Source: Edaphobacter aggregans (GTDB lineage: Bacteria > Acidobacteriota > Terriglobia > Terriglobales > Acidobacteriaceae). Taken from it: 32,000 bases of DNA. Positions 8,422 to 16,737 of the stretch are shown here, piece after piece; the first letter of the stretch is position 1; every line of letters begins with the position of its first letter. The position numbers were made by a program, and so were the translations under genes. The notes below the pieces were generated by a model. That model was not told the DNA's origin. It saw only the letters and a list, made by a program, of their open reading frames with translations, and searched no databases. The stretch is taken from NCBI RefSeq assembly GCF_003945235.1, contig NZ_RSDW01000001.1, positions 810,001-842,000 on the forward strand. Reading direction: 5' to 3'.

Positions 8422-10494
8422 ATGATCCCAACGTTTCGCCGCTTACTAACCACCGTTTTTGCCACATCCCTGCTGACCGCAACACTCCCCGCCCAGCAAG
8501 CCCCCGCCACCCCACCACCCCTCTACCTCGGCACCGCCTGGTACCCCGAACAGTGGCCCGAGTCCCGCTGGGAAGCCGACCTCACCCTCATGGAGCAAGC
8601 CGGCGTCCGCTTCGTCCGCATCACCGAATTCTCCTGGTCCTCCATGGAGCCCACCGAAGGCCACTACAACTTCGACTGGATCGACCACGCCATCGCCGCC
8701 GCCGCTAAACACCACATCGCCGTAGTCCTCGGCACTCCCGGCGCAACCCCGCCCGCATGGCTCACCCAGAAGTACCCCGAAGTCCTCCGCATCAAGCAGG
8801 ACGGTCAGCGAGACCAGCACGGCAACCGCGAGCAGTTCAACTGGTCCAGCCCCAAATACCTCGAACTCACCCACGACATCGTCGAGCGAATGGCCAAGCG
8901 CTACGGCCACAACCCTAACGTTATTGGCTGGCAGATCGACAACGAATACGCCAACCTCTCCTACGGCGACGACGTCAAAAAGCAGTTCCAGGACTGGCTG
9001 AAAGCCCAATACAAAACCCTCGATAACCTCAATGCCCGCTGGACCACCGCCTACTGGTCCGAGTCTTACTCTGACTGGTCCCAGATCCCCATTCAGGAGA
9101 ACTACGGCAACCCCGGCCTCCTCCTCAACTGGAAGCGCTTCGTCTCCGACACCTGGCGCGCCTACCAAAAAAATCAGCTCGACGTCATCCGCCCCAACAG
9201 CGATCCACGCCAATTCATCACTACGAACATGATGGGCTGGTTCGACGGCTACGACCACTACACCGTCTCCCAGGACCTCGACCTCGCCTCATGGGATGAC
9301 TACGTAGGCCGTGGCCACCTTGACGTCTATCGCAACGGCGCCGCCCATGACCTCACCCGCGGTTTCCTCCGCAAAAACTTCTGGGTCATGGAGACCCAAC
9401 CTGGCTTCGTCAACTGGAACGCCGTCAACACCGCTCTCGACAAAGGCGAGGTCCGCGCGATGGCCTGGCACGACGTTGGCCACGGAGCCGACGCCGTCAG
9501 TTACTGGCAGTGGCGCTCTGCCCTCAACGGTCAGGAAGAACTTCACGGCACCCTCGTAGGCCCCGACGGCACTCCCGTCCCCCTCTATGGTGAAGCCCTG
9601 CAACTCGGCAAAGACTTCGCCAAAGCCGGTCCCGCACTGGCCGGAACCAGCCCTCACTCACAGGTCGCCATCCTCCACTCCTATGAGAGCCGCTGGGCCA
9701 TCAACTGGCAGCGCCATAACCAGAACTTCGATCCCATCACCCAGATTCTCAGCTACTACAAGCCCCTCCGCGATCTCAGCCAATCCGTCGACATCGTTCA
9801 GCCAACCGCGCCCCTCGACAGTTACAAATTAGTCGTAGCCCCTGGCCTCGCCGTCCTCACCGAGGAAGCCGCCAAAAACCTCATTACCTACGTCCAGAAC
9901 GGTGGCCACCTCGTCCTCGGCCAGCGCACGGCCATGAAGGACGGAGACAACAGCCTCCAACCCCATCGCGGCCCCGGCCCCCTCACCGACATCCTCGGCG
10001 GCCGCGTCGAGCAGTTCTACGCCATCGACGACGCCGACCCCAGCGCCATCGTCCCTGTCGAAGGCAAATGGGGCAACACCACTTCCAAAATCTGGGCCGA
10101 ACAACTCAGCGCCAGCGCCCCTGACACTGAAGTCCTCATGCGCTACGGCAAATCCAACGGCTGGCTCGACGGCCAACCCGCCGCCATCACCCGCAAAGTA
10201 GGCAAAGGCCGCATCACCTACATCGGAGCCTGGATGGACGACGCCACCCTCCTCACCGCCGCCAAGTGGATGACCGAGACCAGCGGAGTCACCGCAGCCT
10301 TCGGCCCCGTCCCCGAAGGCGTAGACGTCTATCCCCGCGAAGGCAACGGCAAAAAGGTCTTCATCCTGGTCAACTTCGCCAAAACCCCACAATCAATCAG
10401 GCTACCCTCGAAGATGTACAACATCCTCGACGACAAAGATCTAACCACCGTCACCCTCGACCGCTACGGAGTAGTCATCCTCCAACCCCGCTAG
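8422..10494 (+). CDS. exported beta-galactosidase, glycoside hydrolase family 42
   Basis: 690-aa ORF. The GH42 N-terminal TIM-barrel signature is LGTAWYPEQWPESRWEADLTLMEQAGVRFVRITEFSWSSMEP...WQIDNEY.... It is preceded by a signal-like peptide (MIPTFRRLLTTVFATSLLTATLPAQQ). Confidence 0.9.
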   Translation: MIPTFRRLLTTVFATSLLTATLPAQQAPATPPPLYLGTAWYPEQWPESRWEADLTLMEQAGVRFVRITEFSWSSMEPTEGHYNFDWIDHAIAAAAKHHIAVVLGTPGATPPAWLTQKYPEVLRIKQDGQRDQHGNREQFNWSSPKYLELTHDIVERMAKRYGHNPNVIGWQIDNEYANLSYGDDVKKQFQDWLKAQYKTLDNLNARWTTAYWSESYSDWSQIPIQENYGNPGLLLNWKRFVSDTWRAYQKNQLDVIRPNSDPRQFITTNMMGWFDGYDHYTVSQDLDLASWDDYVGRGHLDVYRNGAAHDLTRGFLRKNFWVMETQPGFVNWNAVNTALDKGEVRAMAWHDVGHGADAVSYWQWRSALNGQEELHGTLVGPDGTPVPLYGEALQLGKDFAKAGPALAGTSPHSQVAILHSYESRWAINWQRHNQNFDPITQILSYYKPLRDLSQSVDIVQPTAPLDSYKLVVAPGLAVLTEEAAKNLITYVQNGGHLVLGQRTAMKDGDNSLQPHRGPGPLTDILGGRVEQFYAIDDADPSAIVPVEGKWGNTTSKIWAEQLSASAPDTEVLMRYGKSNGWLDGQPAAITRKVGKGRITYIGAWMDDATLLTAAKWMTETSGVTAAFGPVPEGVDVYPREGNGKKVFILVNFAKTPQSIRLPSKMYNILDDKDLTTVTLDRYGVVILQPR

Positions 10495-10522
10495 TCACAA
10501 CCTCATCGTGAACCCGCAAATC

Positions 10523-10630
10523 GGGTGCCCCATATCTGGCGGCCTTATCGCCAGATGTGGGCCATTCGCGCGAAGGCGCGCGAACCGCTTCACTAGTCAT
10601 TCCGACCCTGAGCGAGACCGAAGCAGTAAG
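10523..10630. repeat. composite intergenic repeat: two hairpins plus a GTCATTCC..GAGCGAGACCGAAG core
   Basis: Hairpin 1 is catatctggcg/cgccagatgtg (10531-10559, one mismatch). Hairpin 2 is ttcgcgcg-aagg-cgcgcgaa (10565-10584, perfect 8 bp). These are followed by gtcattccgaccctgagcgagaccgaagcag (10597-10626). It lies between convergent genes. Confidence 0.4.
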
Positions 10631-10810
10631 CCAGCCAAAAAGTCGAAGTACCCCCAAAGACAAGCCAAGCAAAATCAATACTTTGCAAGACACCCATCCC
10701 GCAACCCCGCAAATCAAGAGACTTTCAGCACCGCACCAAAATCAAGTCCAAAGCTAACTCATTATTATCGAATACTTTGCGCAAAAAAAAACAGGGGTAG
10801 GGGTCATGAA

Positions 10811-10850
10811 AACCGCAAAAGAAGGGCCGGAATCACCGGCCTTCTTCCTC
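10811..10850 (-). terminator. rho-independent terminator of uxaC
   Basis: On the minus strand the sequence is gaagaaggccgg-tgatt-ccggcccttctt (one bulged C), followed by ttttgcggtttt. It starts ~14 nt after the uxaC stop. Confidence 0.6.
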
Positions 10851-10863
10851 AAAAAAAACGCAG

Positions 10864-12261
10864 CTACAGCTTGTAAGCCTTCTTGACCAGATTCACGGTC
10901 AGGTCCTTCACCACCTCGAAGGCCTCTACCTCATCGAGCCGATGCTCCGCCACAAGCCGCCCAAGGAAGGCACAATCGATCCGACGCGCCACATCATGCC
11001 GAGCCGGGATCGACAGGAACGCCCGCGTGTCGTCGTTGAACCCCACAGTGTTGTAGAAGCCCGCCGTCTCTGTAGCCTGCTCGCGGAACCGCATCATCCC
11101 CTCAGGCGAATCGTGGAACCACCAAGGCGGACCAAGCCGGAGCGCCGGATAGTGCCCCGCCAGCGGAGCCAACTCGCGCGAATAGCTCGTCTCGTCCAGC
11201 GTGAACAAGATGAAGGTCAGCCGCGTATCGTTGCCGTACTTGCTAAGCAGCGGGCGCAGGTTGCGGACATACTCAGTCGGAGAAGGAATATCAGCGCCTT
11301 TATCCCTGCCGAACTTCTCGTAAAGCTTCCGGTTATGGTTCCGGATGCTCCCGGGATGCAGTTGCATCGTCAACCCATCCTCCACGCTCATGCCAGCCAT
11401 CTCGGTCAGCATCTGCGCCTGGAAGATCTCCTCCTCCTGCGGCACCGACTTCCCCGAGAGTATCCGCCCATAAAGCGACTCCGCCGTAGCCGCATCAAGA
11501 TCCGCAGTCATCGCCGACAGATGCCCATGGTCGGTAGCCGTAGCCCCCATGGACTTAAAGAACGCTCTCCGGCTACGCAGAGCATTCAAGTAGCCCTTAT
11601 ATGTACCAATGTTTTCGCCAGTGATCTCGCCAAGCTTCTCGATGTTCTGGAGAAAACCCGCGTACTCGGCATCAATCACCGAGTCAGGACGGAACGTCGG
11701 CACAACCCGCCCCTTCCAGCCGGACTCCCGGATGGCCTTGTGGTATGCAAGCGTATCCAGCGCCGTATCGGTAGTCGCCAGCACCTCGATATTGAAGCTC
11801 TCATATAGCGCACGCGGCCGAAACTCCGGCGTCTCGAGCTTCTTGGCAATCACGTCGTAGTACTCGTCCGCATTACCGGGCCCTAGCCGGCCCGTAAGAC
11901 CAAATTGATTCTCCAACGTATAGTCGAGCCACAAACGAGTCGGCGTCCCGCGAAACAGATAGTAGTGTTTCGCAAAAATACGCCAAACCTCGCGCGGATC
12001 GGCACTCTGGCTGCCATCGTTCTGCGGAATCCCTAGCGACTCCAGCGAAACGCCCTGCGAATAGAGCATCCGAAAGATGTAATGATCCGGCTGAATCAGC
12101 AGCGCGGCAGGATTGGGAAAAGCCCCATTCTCCGCAAACCATCGCGGATCGGTATGGCCATGCGGCGAGATAATCGGCAGGCTACTCACCGCCTCGTACA
12201 ATTTCATAGCCACACAGCGCGCCGCGGAATCCGCAGGAAACAGCCTGTTGTCATTCAACAT
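10864..12261 (-). CDS. uxaC: glucuronate (uronate) isomerase
   Basis: ~465 aa with a metal-binding HxH near the N-terminus (IISPHGHTDPRWF) and overall UxaC-like length and sequence. I chose the ATG at 12261 because it is preceded by a strong SD (gattGAAGGAGttgaagcgATG). The track's start at 12303 adds 14 unsupported codons. Confidence 0.85.
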   Translation of the reverse strand: MLNDNRLFPADSAARCVAMKLYEAVSSLPIISPHGHTDPRWFAENGAFPNPAALLIQPDHYIFRMLYSQGVSLESLGIPQNDGSQSADPREVWRIFAKHYYLFRGTPTRLWLDYTLENQFGLTGRLGPGNADEYYDVIAKKLETPEFRPRALYESFNIEVLATTDTALDTLAYHKAIRESGWKGRVVPTFRPDSVIDAEYAGFLQNIEKLGEITGENIGTYKGYLNALRSRRAFFKSMGATATDHGHLSAMTADLDAATAESLYGRILSGKSVPQEEEIFQAQMLTEMAGMSVEDGLTMQLHPGSIRNHNRKLYEKFGRDKGADIPSPTEYVRNLRPLLSKYGNDTRLTFILFTLDETSYSRELAPLAGHYPALRLGPPWWFHDSPEGMMRFREQATETAGFYNTVGFNDDTRAFLSIPARHDVARRIDCAFLGRLVAEHRLDEVEAFEVVKDLTVNLVKKAYKL

Positions 12262-12364
12262 CGCTTCAACTCCTTCAATCAGATAACGGTCGTGTCGTAA
12301 CACGATAACCTTTGAAGCCTATCAAATTTGGTCGTACCACGAACAAATACCTTTTCCCACAAAT

Positions 12365-12396
12365 AGAGAGAGGCACCCCGAAGGGTGCCTCTCTCT
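12365..12396 (-). terminator. rho-independent-type terminator hairpin after the outer-membrane protein gene
   Basis: Perfect 14-bp stem agagagaggcaccc / gggtgcctctctct with a 4-nt loop (UUCG on the transcribed minus strand), 13 nt after the stop at 12410. The trailing U-tract is weak (auuugug). Confidence 0.7.
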
Positions 12397-12409
12397 GCAG
12401 GACAACGCT

Positions 12410-14239
12410 TTACGGAATGTAGTAACGCATGCTGGTGAAGACCATGTTATTGGTCGCATTGGCACCGCCGCCAACACCGGCCCACGCCTTACGAGTCAGA
12501 TAGCTGTACTGCAACTGATACTGCAGACGGCCGTACTTAGGATTGCTGTACACCCGATACGTAAAGCCAGCCGTACCCTGCATAACGTAGCGCGTAGCAC
12601 CAAGGCAGTTCGCCGGAGTGCCCGGAGCATACGGCGCGTTGCCCGCTACGCCGATGCTGCCAAGGCCCGAGCTGGGATTACCATTCGGAGGCAGCGTCTC
12701 AGTACCGCATCCGGAGTTGTTGCTTGTCACTGGAGCATAGCCAACCAGCACTCCCTTGGAGTTCAGGTAGGTCGTGCGTTGTGCATACTCACCACCCGCA
12801 TAGCCAAAGAGGTCCAGCTTGGGTGTCGGGTGCAATTCGATCGACACCAGCGACTGGGTTCCCTTGATCGGCGCAAGCGTTCCATCCGGACGAACTGTGA
12901 CGTCAGGCAGCGTGGAGGTACCGTACCGGCCTACGCCAGTGCCCGTAAGTACGTGGAAACCGAGATCGGCATAGTGCGTAGCCGAGACGCGGGCATTGGC
13001 ATAGAATCCGCCGGCGGCCCTCGTATCGTTCGTAGCTCCGGCAGTCGTCGTCACAGCCGGGTAGTAGCGGCTGCGGAACCAACGTGCCAAACCGCCAATC
13101 TCGAAGTGGCCATACTTCGCATCGTAAGTGCCCTTCACGATCACGTCAGGCGCAACGTTGTTCGAGTAGTTCGCCGTCAGGTTGTAAAGACCGCCACCCG
13201 TGCCAGCGTTTCCGATGAAAAAATTCGTAGGTGCATTGGTCGCCGAGTAAACGAACTCCGCCTGTTCAAGCGACGCCGCCGCCGTGAAGCCGTTGTTGAA
13301 CTTCTGCTGGAACCGAATGCTTGGCTGACGCTCCCAGCTGAAACCGACGTGGTACTGAGCGTCAATCGTCATCGGCAGGTTCTCGGTCCGGTTATCCGTC
13401 GACTTCTTGGTCTCGGTTACGAGCGACCACATCTGACCACCGGTGAGGATAAAGCCACTCTTCATCGCGGCCTGACCCCAAATCTGACGCTGCCGCAACG
13501 TATAACTGTTGCTCTGGTTATCGTTGCTGGTGGCACCAGCCGAGAGGAAGTCAGCCTCGACATAGCCCGACAGCTTGAACGGTCCGGTATTGCCCTCAAA
13601 CAAGGAACCGACGCGGCTCTGACGTCCCGAGAAGTTCAACTCGCTGACATGCGCCATTCCCGCTCCATTGAAAGGAGTCGAATTGAAGGGCGTATTGACG
13701 TCGGAAGCGAGCGACCGGGTGCGGTACACCGTTTCAAACGCAAAGAAGGCAACCGGCGTGATCGTCAAGCCCTTATAACGGATGGCCAAAGGAGAGTCGA
13801 TCTTCTCGAGAATATCCTTCTTGGTGTCGCTGATCGTCTGCGCGATACCCGTAGCATTGCTCTTCAGGTCGGTGACAGTACTGTTCAGCGTGGTGACAGC
13901 CTCCGAGTTCGCCGCAACGCTGGTGCTCACACTCTCGGCCTTGGCGTTCGCTGCGGCGGCAGAAGCCTCGGCACCCTGAACAGATTGCTGCACGGTAGCC
14001 AGCTTCGCATCGCGCTCAGCAAGCTGCGTTTTCAACGCATCGATCTGGCTCTGCTGGTTCGCCATCTGCTCGCGCATCTCACGAAGTTCCTGCTGCAACG
14101 GCGTCTCGGCCGGTGCCTTCCTCGCAGCCCTCTTCGCTGTAGTCTTGGCCGGCGTAGTTGCCGTACCCGTCTGCGCCTGCATCGATACTGTACTCAACAC
14201 CAGTACCGCAGCTATAGCCGCTCGCAAATGCTTCGTCAT
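12410..14239 (-). CDS. outer-membrane beta-barrel protein (porin-like) with an N-terminal coiled-coil
   Basis: Signal peptide MTKHLRAAIAAVLVLSTVSMQAQT. There are ~100 aa of heptad-like, Ala/Gln/Glu-rich sequence (LQQELREMREQMANQQSQIDALKTQLAERDAKLATVQQ...), then ~450 aa with alternating-hydrophobic, Gly/Tyr/Asn/Thr-rich strands (GRLQYQLQYSYLTR, GFTYRVYS). I prefer the ATG at 14239 (gcGAGGAtccATG) over the track's TTG at 14251. Confidence 0.65.
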   Translation of the reverse strand: MTKHLRAAIAAVLVLSTVSMQAQTGTATTPAKTTAKRAARKAPAETPLQQELREMREQMANQQSQIDALKTQLAERDAKLATVQQSVQGAEASAAAANAKAESVSTSVAANSEAVTTLNSTVTDLKSNATGIAQTISDTKKDILEKIDSPLAIRYKGLTITPVAFFAFETVYRTRSLASDVNTPFNSTPFNGAGMAHVSELNFSGRQSRVGSLFEGNTGPFKLSGYVEADFLSAGATSNDNQSNSYTLRQRQIWGQAAMKSGFILTGGQMWSLVTETKKSTDNRTENLPMTIDAQYHVGFSWERQPSIRFQQKFNNGFTAAASLEQAEFVYSATNAPTNFFIGNAGTGGGLYNLTANYSNNVAPDVIVKGTYDAKYGHFEIGGLARWFRSRYYPAVTTTAGATNDTRAAGGFYANARVSATHYADLGFHVLTGTGVGRYGTSTLPDVTVRPDGTLAPIKGTQSLVSIELHPTPKLDLFGYAGGEYAQRTTYLNSKGVLVGYAPVTSNNSGCGTETLPPNGNPSSGLGSIGVAGNAPYAPGTPANCLGATRYVMQGTAGFTYRVYSNPKYGRLQYQLQYSYLTRKAWAGVGGGANATNNMVFTSMRYYIP

Positions 14240-14490
14240 GGATCCTCGCAAAATTAGAAAGGCAAAGGGACAGATAAGACAACAGATCGGGCTGGGTTCC
14301 CAAATCGGTTACCTTCCGTTTGCTCTTTCGCACATGCTCCCAGACTCATGTAAACAGAAAAATAATTTGCGCGATCTTCGCCTAAATCATGACTTTTTCA
14401 CATTCCTTTAACATTTCCCGGCGCCTTCGCCAAACGGAATTTGGCTCCCTATGCTCCCACGTTTCCCCTAACTCATTTACCGTTATTGAT

Positions 14491-16647
14491 ATGCAATATC
14501 CCCGCTTTGCCGCAGCCCTGCTTGCCTTCTCCACCCTGCCGTTTGGTCCGGCCATGGCCCAGCCCGGTAGCCAGTCGCTCCATTTGATCCCGGTTCCACG
14601 CGAGGTGCGACCTGCGGCAACACAATCTCTGGCTAACGGAGTACAAATCAACTGTTCGTCACCCTGCCCCACAGAGGATGTCTTCGCCATCGATGACCTG
14701 AAGACCTACCTCGCCTCGCAAAGCATCGTTGTCAACGCTACGTCACCAGTGAACATCCTGGTCACACGCTACGGCTCGACCCTCTCGAAATCGATCTACG
14801 CAGACGCAGCCGGGCTGAAATCAGCCTCTGACTCCCCTTCCGATCTCCCGCAGGAGATGAAGGCTGAGGGCTACGCCATCATCCCGGACGGTAAGGGTCT
14901 CGCTATCACCGCGGCCACCGACTCAGGCATCTTCTACGCGCTCCAGACAGTAAAGCAGATGGTGATTGGCACAGGCAGCACCGCTGTCCTCAACACCGCC
15001 TCGATTCGCGACTGGCCAGCCTTGAAGTATCGCGGCCTCGACGATGACCTCTCCCGCGGTCCAGTTCCGACGCTCGAGTTCCAAAAGAAGCAGATCCGTA
15101 CCATCGCAGCCTACAAGATCAACATCTACTCGCCCTACTTTGAGCACACAATGCAGTACACCGGGCATCCCCTGATGGCGCCTCCCGGAGGAACGTTCAC
15201 CCAGGATCAGGCGCGTGAACTGGTCGCCTACGCAACGAAGTACCACGTCACCGTCATCCCCGAGCAGGAGGCCTTCGGGCATCTCCACTACCTCCTGAAC
15301 TGGGAGCAGTACACTCCGCTGGCCGAGACGCCACACGGACATGTGCTGGCCCCAGCCCAACCCGATGCACAAAAGCTAACCCACGACATGTTCTTCGAGC
15401 TGGCCAAAATCTATCCCGGGCCATTCCTCCACCTCGGAGCCGATGAGACCGTTGAGTTGGGCAAAGGCCAGACCAAGCCACAGGTCGATGCACAGGGCCT
15501 CGGCGCGGTCTATCTCGGATTCCTGCAGCGCATCGTCTCCGATCTGAAGCCGCTCAATCGCAAGCTGCTCTTCTGGGGCGACATCGCCATGCACGATCCT
15601 GACCTGGTCAAGCAACTCCCTCCCGACTTCAAGCAGGCCACCATCGCCGTAGCATGGGAGTACAACCCACAGCCCAAGGGCTTTACGCGGTTCATTGCTC
15701 CCTTCACGGACGCAGGCATCGAGACCTGGGTCGCGCCGGGCGTCAACAACTGGTCACGCGTCTATCCCAACTTCAACAACATGTTCGCTAATGTGCAGCA
15801 GTTCACCGCGCAGGGCCAGCAGATGGGAGTAACCGGCCAGCTCAATACAGTCTGGGACGACGATGGCGAGGCCCTCTTCAACTCCAACTGGTACGGCGTG
15901 CTCTTCGGAGCCGAAGCCGCCTGGCACAAAGGCGAGGCATCCATTCCTACCTTTCAGAACAGCTACGGCGCCAACTTCCACGGAGACCTCACCGGCTCCA
16001 TCGATCTCGCCCAGCAGGAGATGATGGCAGCGCACCGGCTTCTCAAGGATTCGCCTCTTAAAGCGGATGCATCCAACCTCGTATTCTGGGTTGATCCCTG
16101 GTCTCCCGACGGCCAACGTCAGGCAGCACAAATAAGGCCCCTCCTCTCCGAACTGCGTCTACACGCCGAACGCACTCTTACCCTCATCGCCCAGGCGCGC
16201 AACGCGAACCCGAATCTCCGCGAGACCGATGCAATCGACGCTCTCGAACTAGGCGCTCGCCGCATGGACATGATCGGCTTCAAGTACCAGATCACCGACG
16301 AGATCGCAACCAGCTACGCCAATGCCTATGCGCTTCAAGGCTCGAAGAACAAAGACGACCGCATGGAAGTATCTCGCAGTCTGGGTGACATTAATGGCGT
16401 CAACGGCAAGCTGCAGGATATGCGCAATAACCTCTCCCTGTTGCGCGATCTCTACGAAGCAGCATGGCTTAAGAGCTACCGACCCTACTTTCTGCACAAC
16501 AACCTCGCACGCTTCGACCTCACGACCCAGATGTGGCTCGAGCGCGTCGACAAAGTCCGCTCGGCGCAACGACAGTGGGCGAACTCGCAGTCTATCCCGC
16601 CAGCCGCTGACCTTGGGATACCCCCACCACCAACAACAGCACATTAG
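14491..16647 (+). CDS. exported beta-N-acetylhexosaminidase, glycoside hydrolase family 20
   Basis: GH20 catalytic-domain pattern: LKYRGLDDDLSRGPVP...INIYSPYFEHT...VIPEQEAFGHLHYLL...LHLGADE...W. The start at ATG 14491 gives a signal peptide (MQYPRFAAALLAFSTLPFGPAMAQP). The track's 34-codon 5' extension has no support. Confidence 0.8.
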   Translation: MQYPRFAAALLAFSTLPFGPAMAQPGSQSLHLIPVPREVRPAATQSLANGVQINCSSPCPTEDVFAIDDLKTYLASQSIVVNATSPVNILVTRYGSTLSKSIYADAAGLKSASDSPSDLPQEMKAEGYAIIPDGKGLAITAATDSGIFYALQTVKQMVIGTGSTAVLNTASIRDWPALKYRGLDDDLSRGPVPTLEFQKKQIRTIAAYKINIYSPYFEHTMQYTGHPLMAPPGGTFTQDQARELVAYATKYHVTVIPEQEAFGHLHYLLNWEQYTPLAETPHGHVLAPAQPDAQKLTHDMFFELAKIYPGPFLHLGADETVELGKGQTKPQVDAQGLGAVYLGFLQRIVSDLKPLNRKLLFWGDIAMHDPDLVKQLPPDFKQATIAVAWEYNPQPKGFTRFIAPFTDAGIETWVAPGVNNWSRVYPNFNNMFANVQQFTAQGQQMGVTGQLNTVWDDDGEALFNSNWYGVLFGAEAAWHKGEASIPTFQNSYGANFHGDLTGSIDLAQQEMMAAHRLLKDSPLKADASNLVFWVDPWSPDGQRQAAQIRPLLSELRLHAERTLTLIAQARNANPNLRETDAIDALELGARRMDMIGFKYQITDEIATSYANAYALQGSKNKDDRMEVSRSLGDINGVNGKLQDMRNNLSLLRDLYEAAWLKSYRPYFLHNNLARFDLTTQMWLERVDKVRSAQRQWANSQSIPPAADLGIPPPPTTAH

Positions 16648-16737
16648 TCCAACAAGTCCGACATGATATGAACTGAGCGCGGAAAAGTTCCGAGTATCCG
16701 CGCCCCAAAGCCTCTCGTAGCACTAGACTAATCACCG

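Noticed and set aside
10475-10876. Small ORFs (10475..10717 -, 10508..10876 +, 10557..10757 +) in the 369-nt convergent intergenic region
   Set aside because: They read through hairpin or dispersed-repeat sequence and an A/C-rich spacer, have no SD and are low-complexity. They are better explained as repeats plus the uxaC terminator.
12779-14257. 492-aa + strand ORF antisense to the outer-membrane protein gene
   Set aside because: It is an Arg-rich, low-complexity translation with no recognisable motifs. The minus-strand frame has a signal peptide, a coiled-coil, beta-strand periodicity and its own terminator.
14334-14459. 9-mer ATGCTCCCA repeated at 14334 and 14451 in the divergent intergenic region
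   Set aside because: A single 9-mer recurrence within ~240 nt is not clearly beyond chance, and it has no symmetric or phased structure.
14389-14490. Upstream-extended starts offered by the track: GH20 at 14389, uxaC at 12303, kinase at 21731 (TTG), fusion gene at 21704 (GTG), DUF4126 copy 1 at 27187
   Set aside because: In each case a downstream ATG gives a canonical N-terminus (signal peptide, SD-preceded start, or paralog-conserved start). The extension is unconserved or overlaps divergent promoter space.
16670-16698. Hairpin gcgcgga-N12-tccgcgc between GH20 and nagA as a terminator
   Set aside because: The stem is 7 bp with a 12-nt loop and no following T-tract, so it cannot be distinguished from chance in GC-rich DNA.
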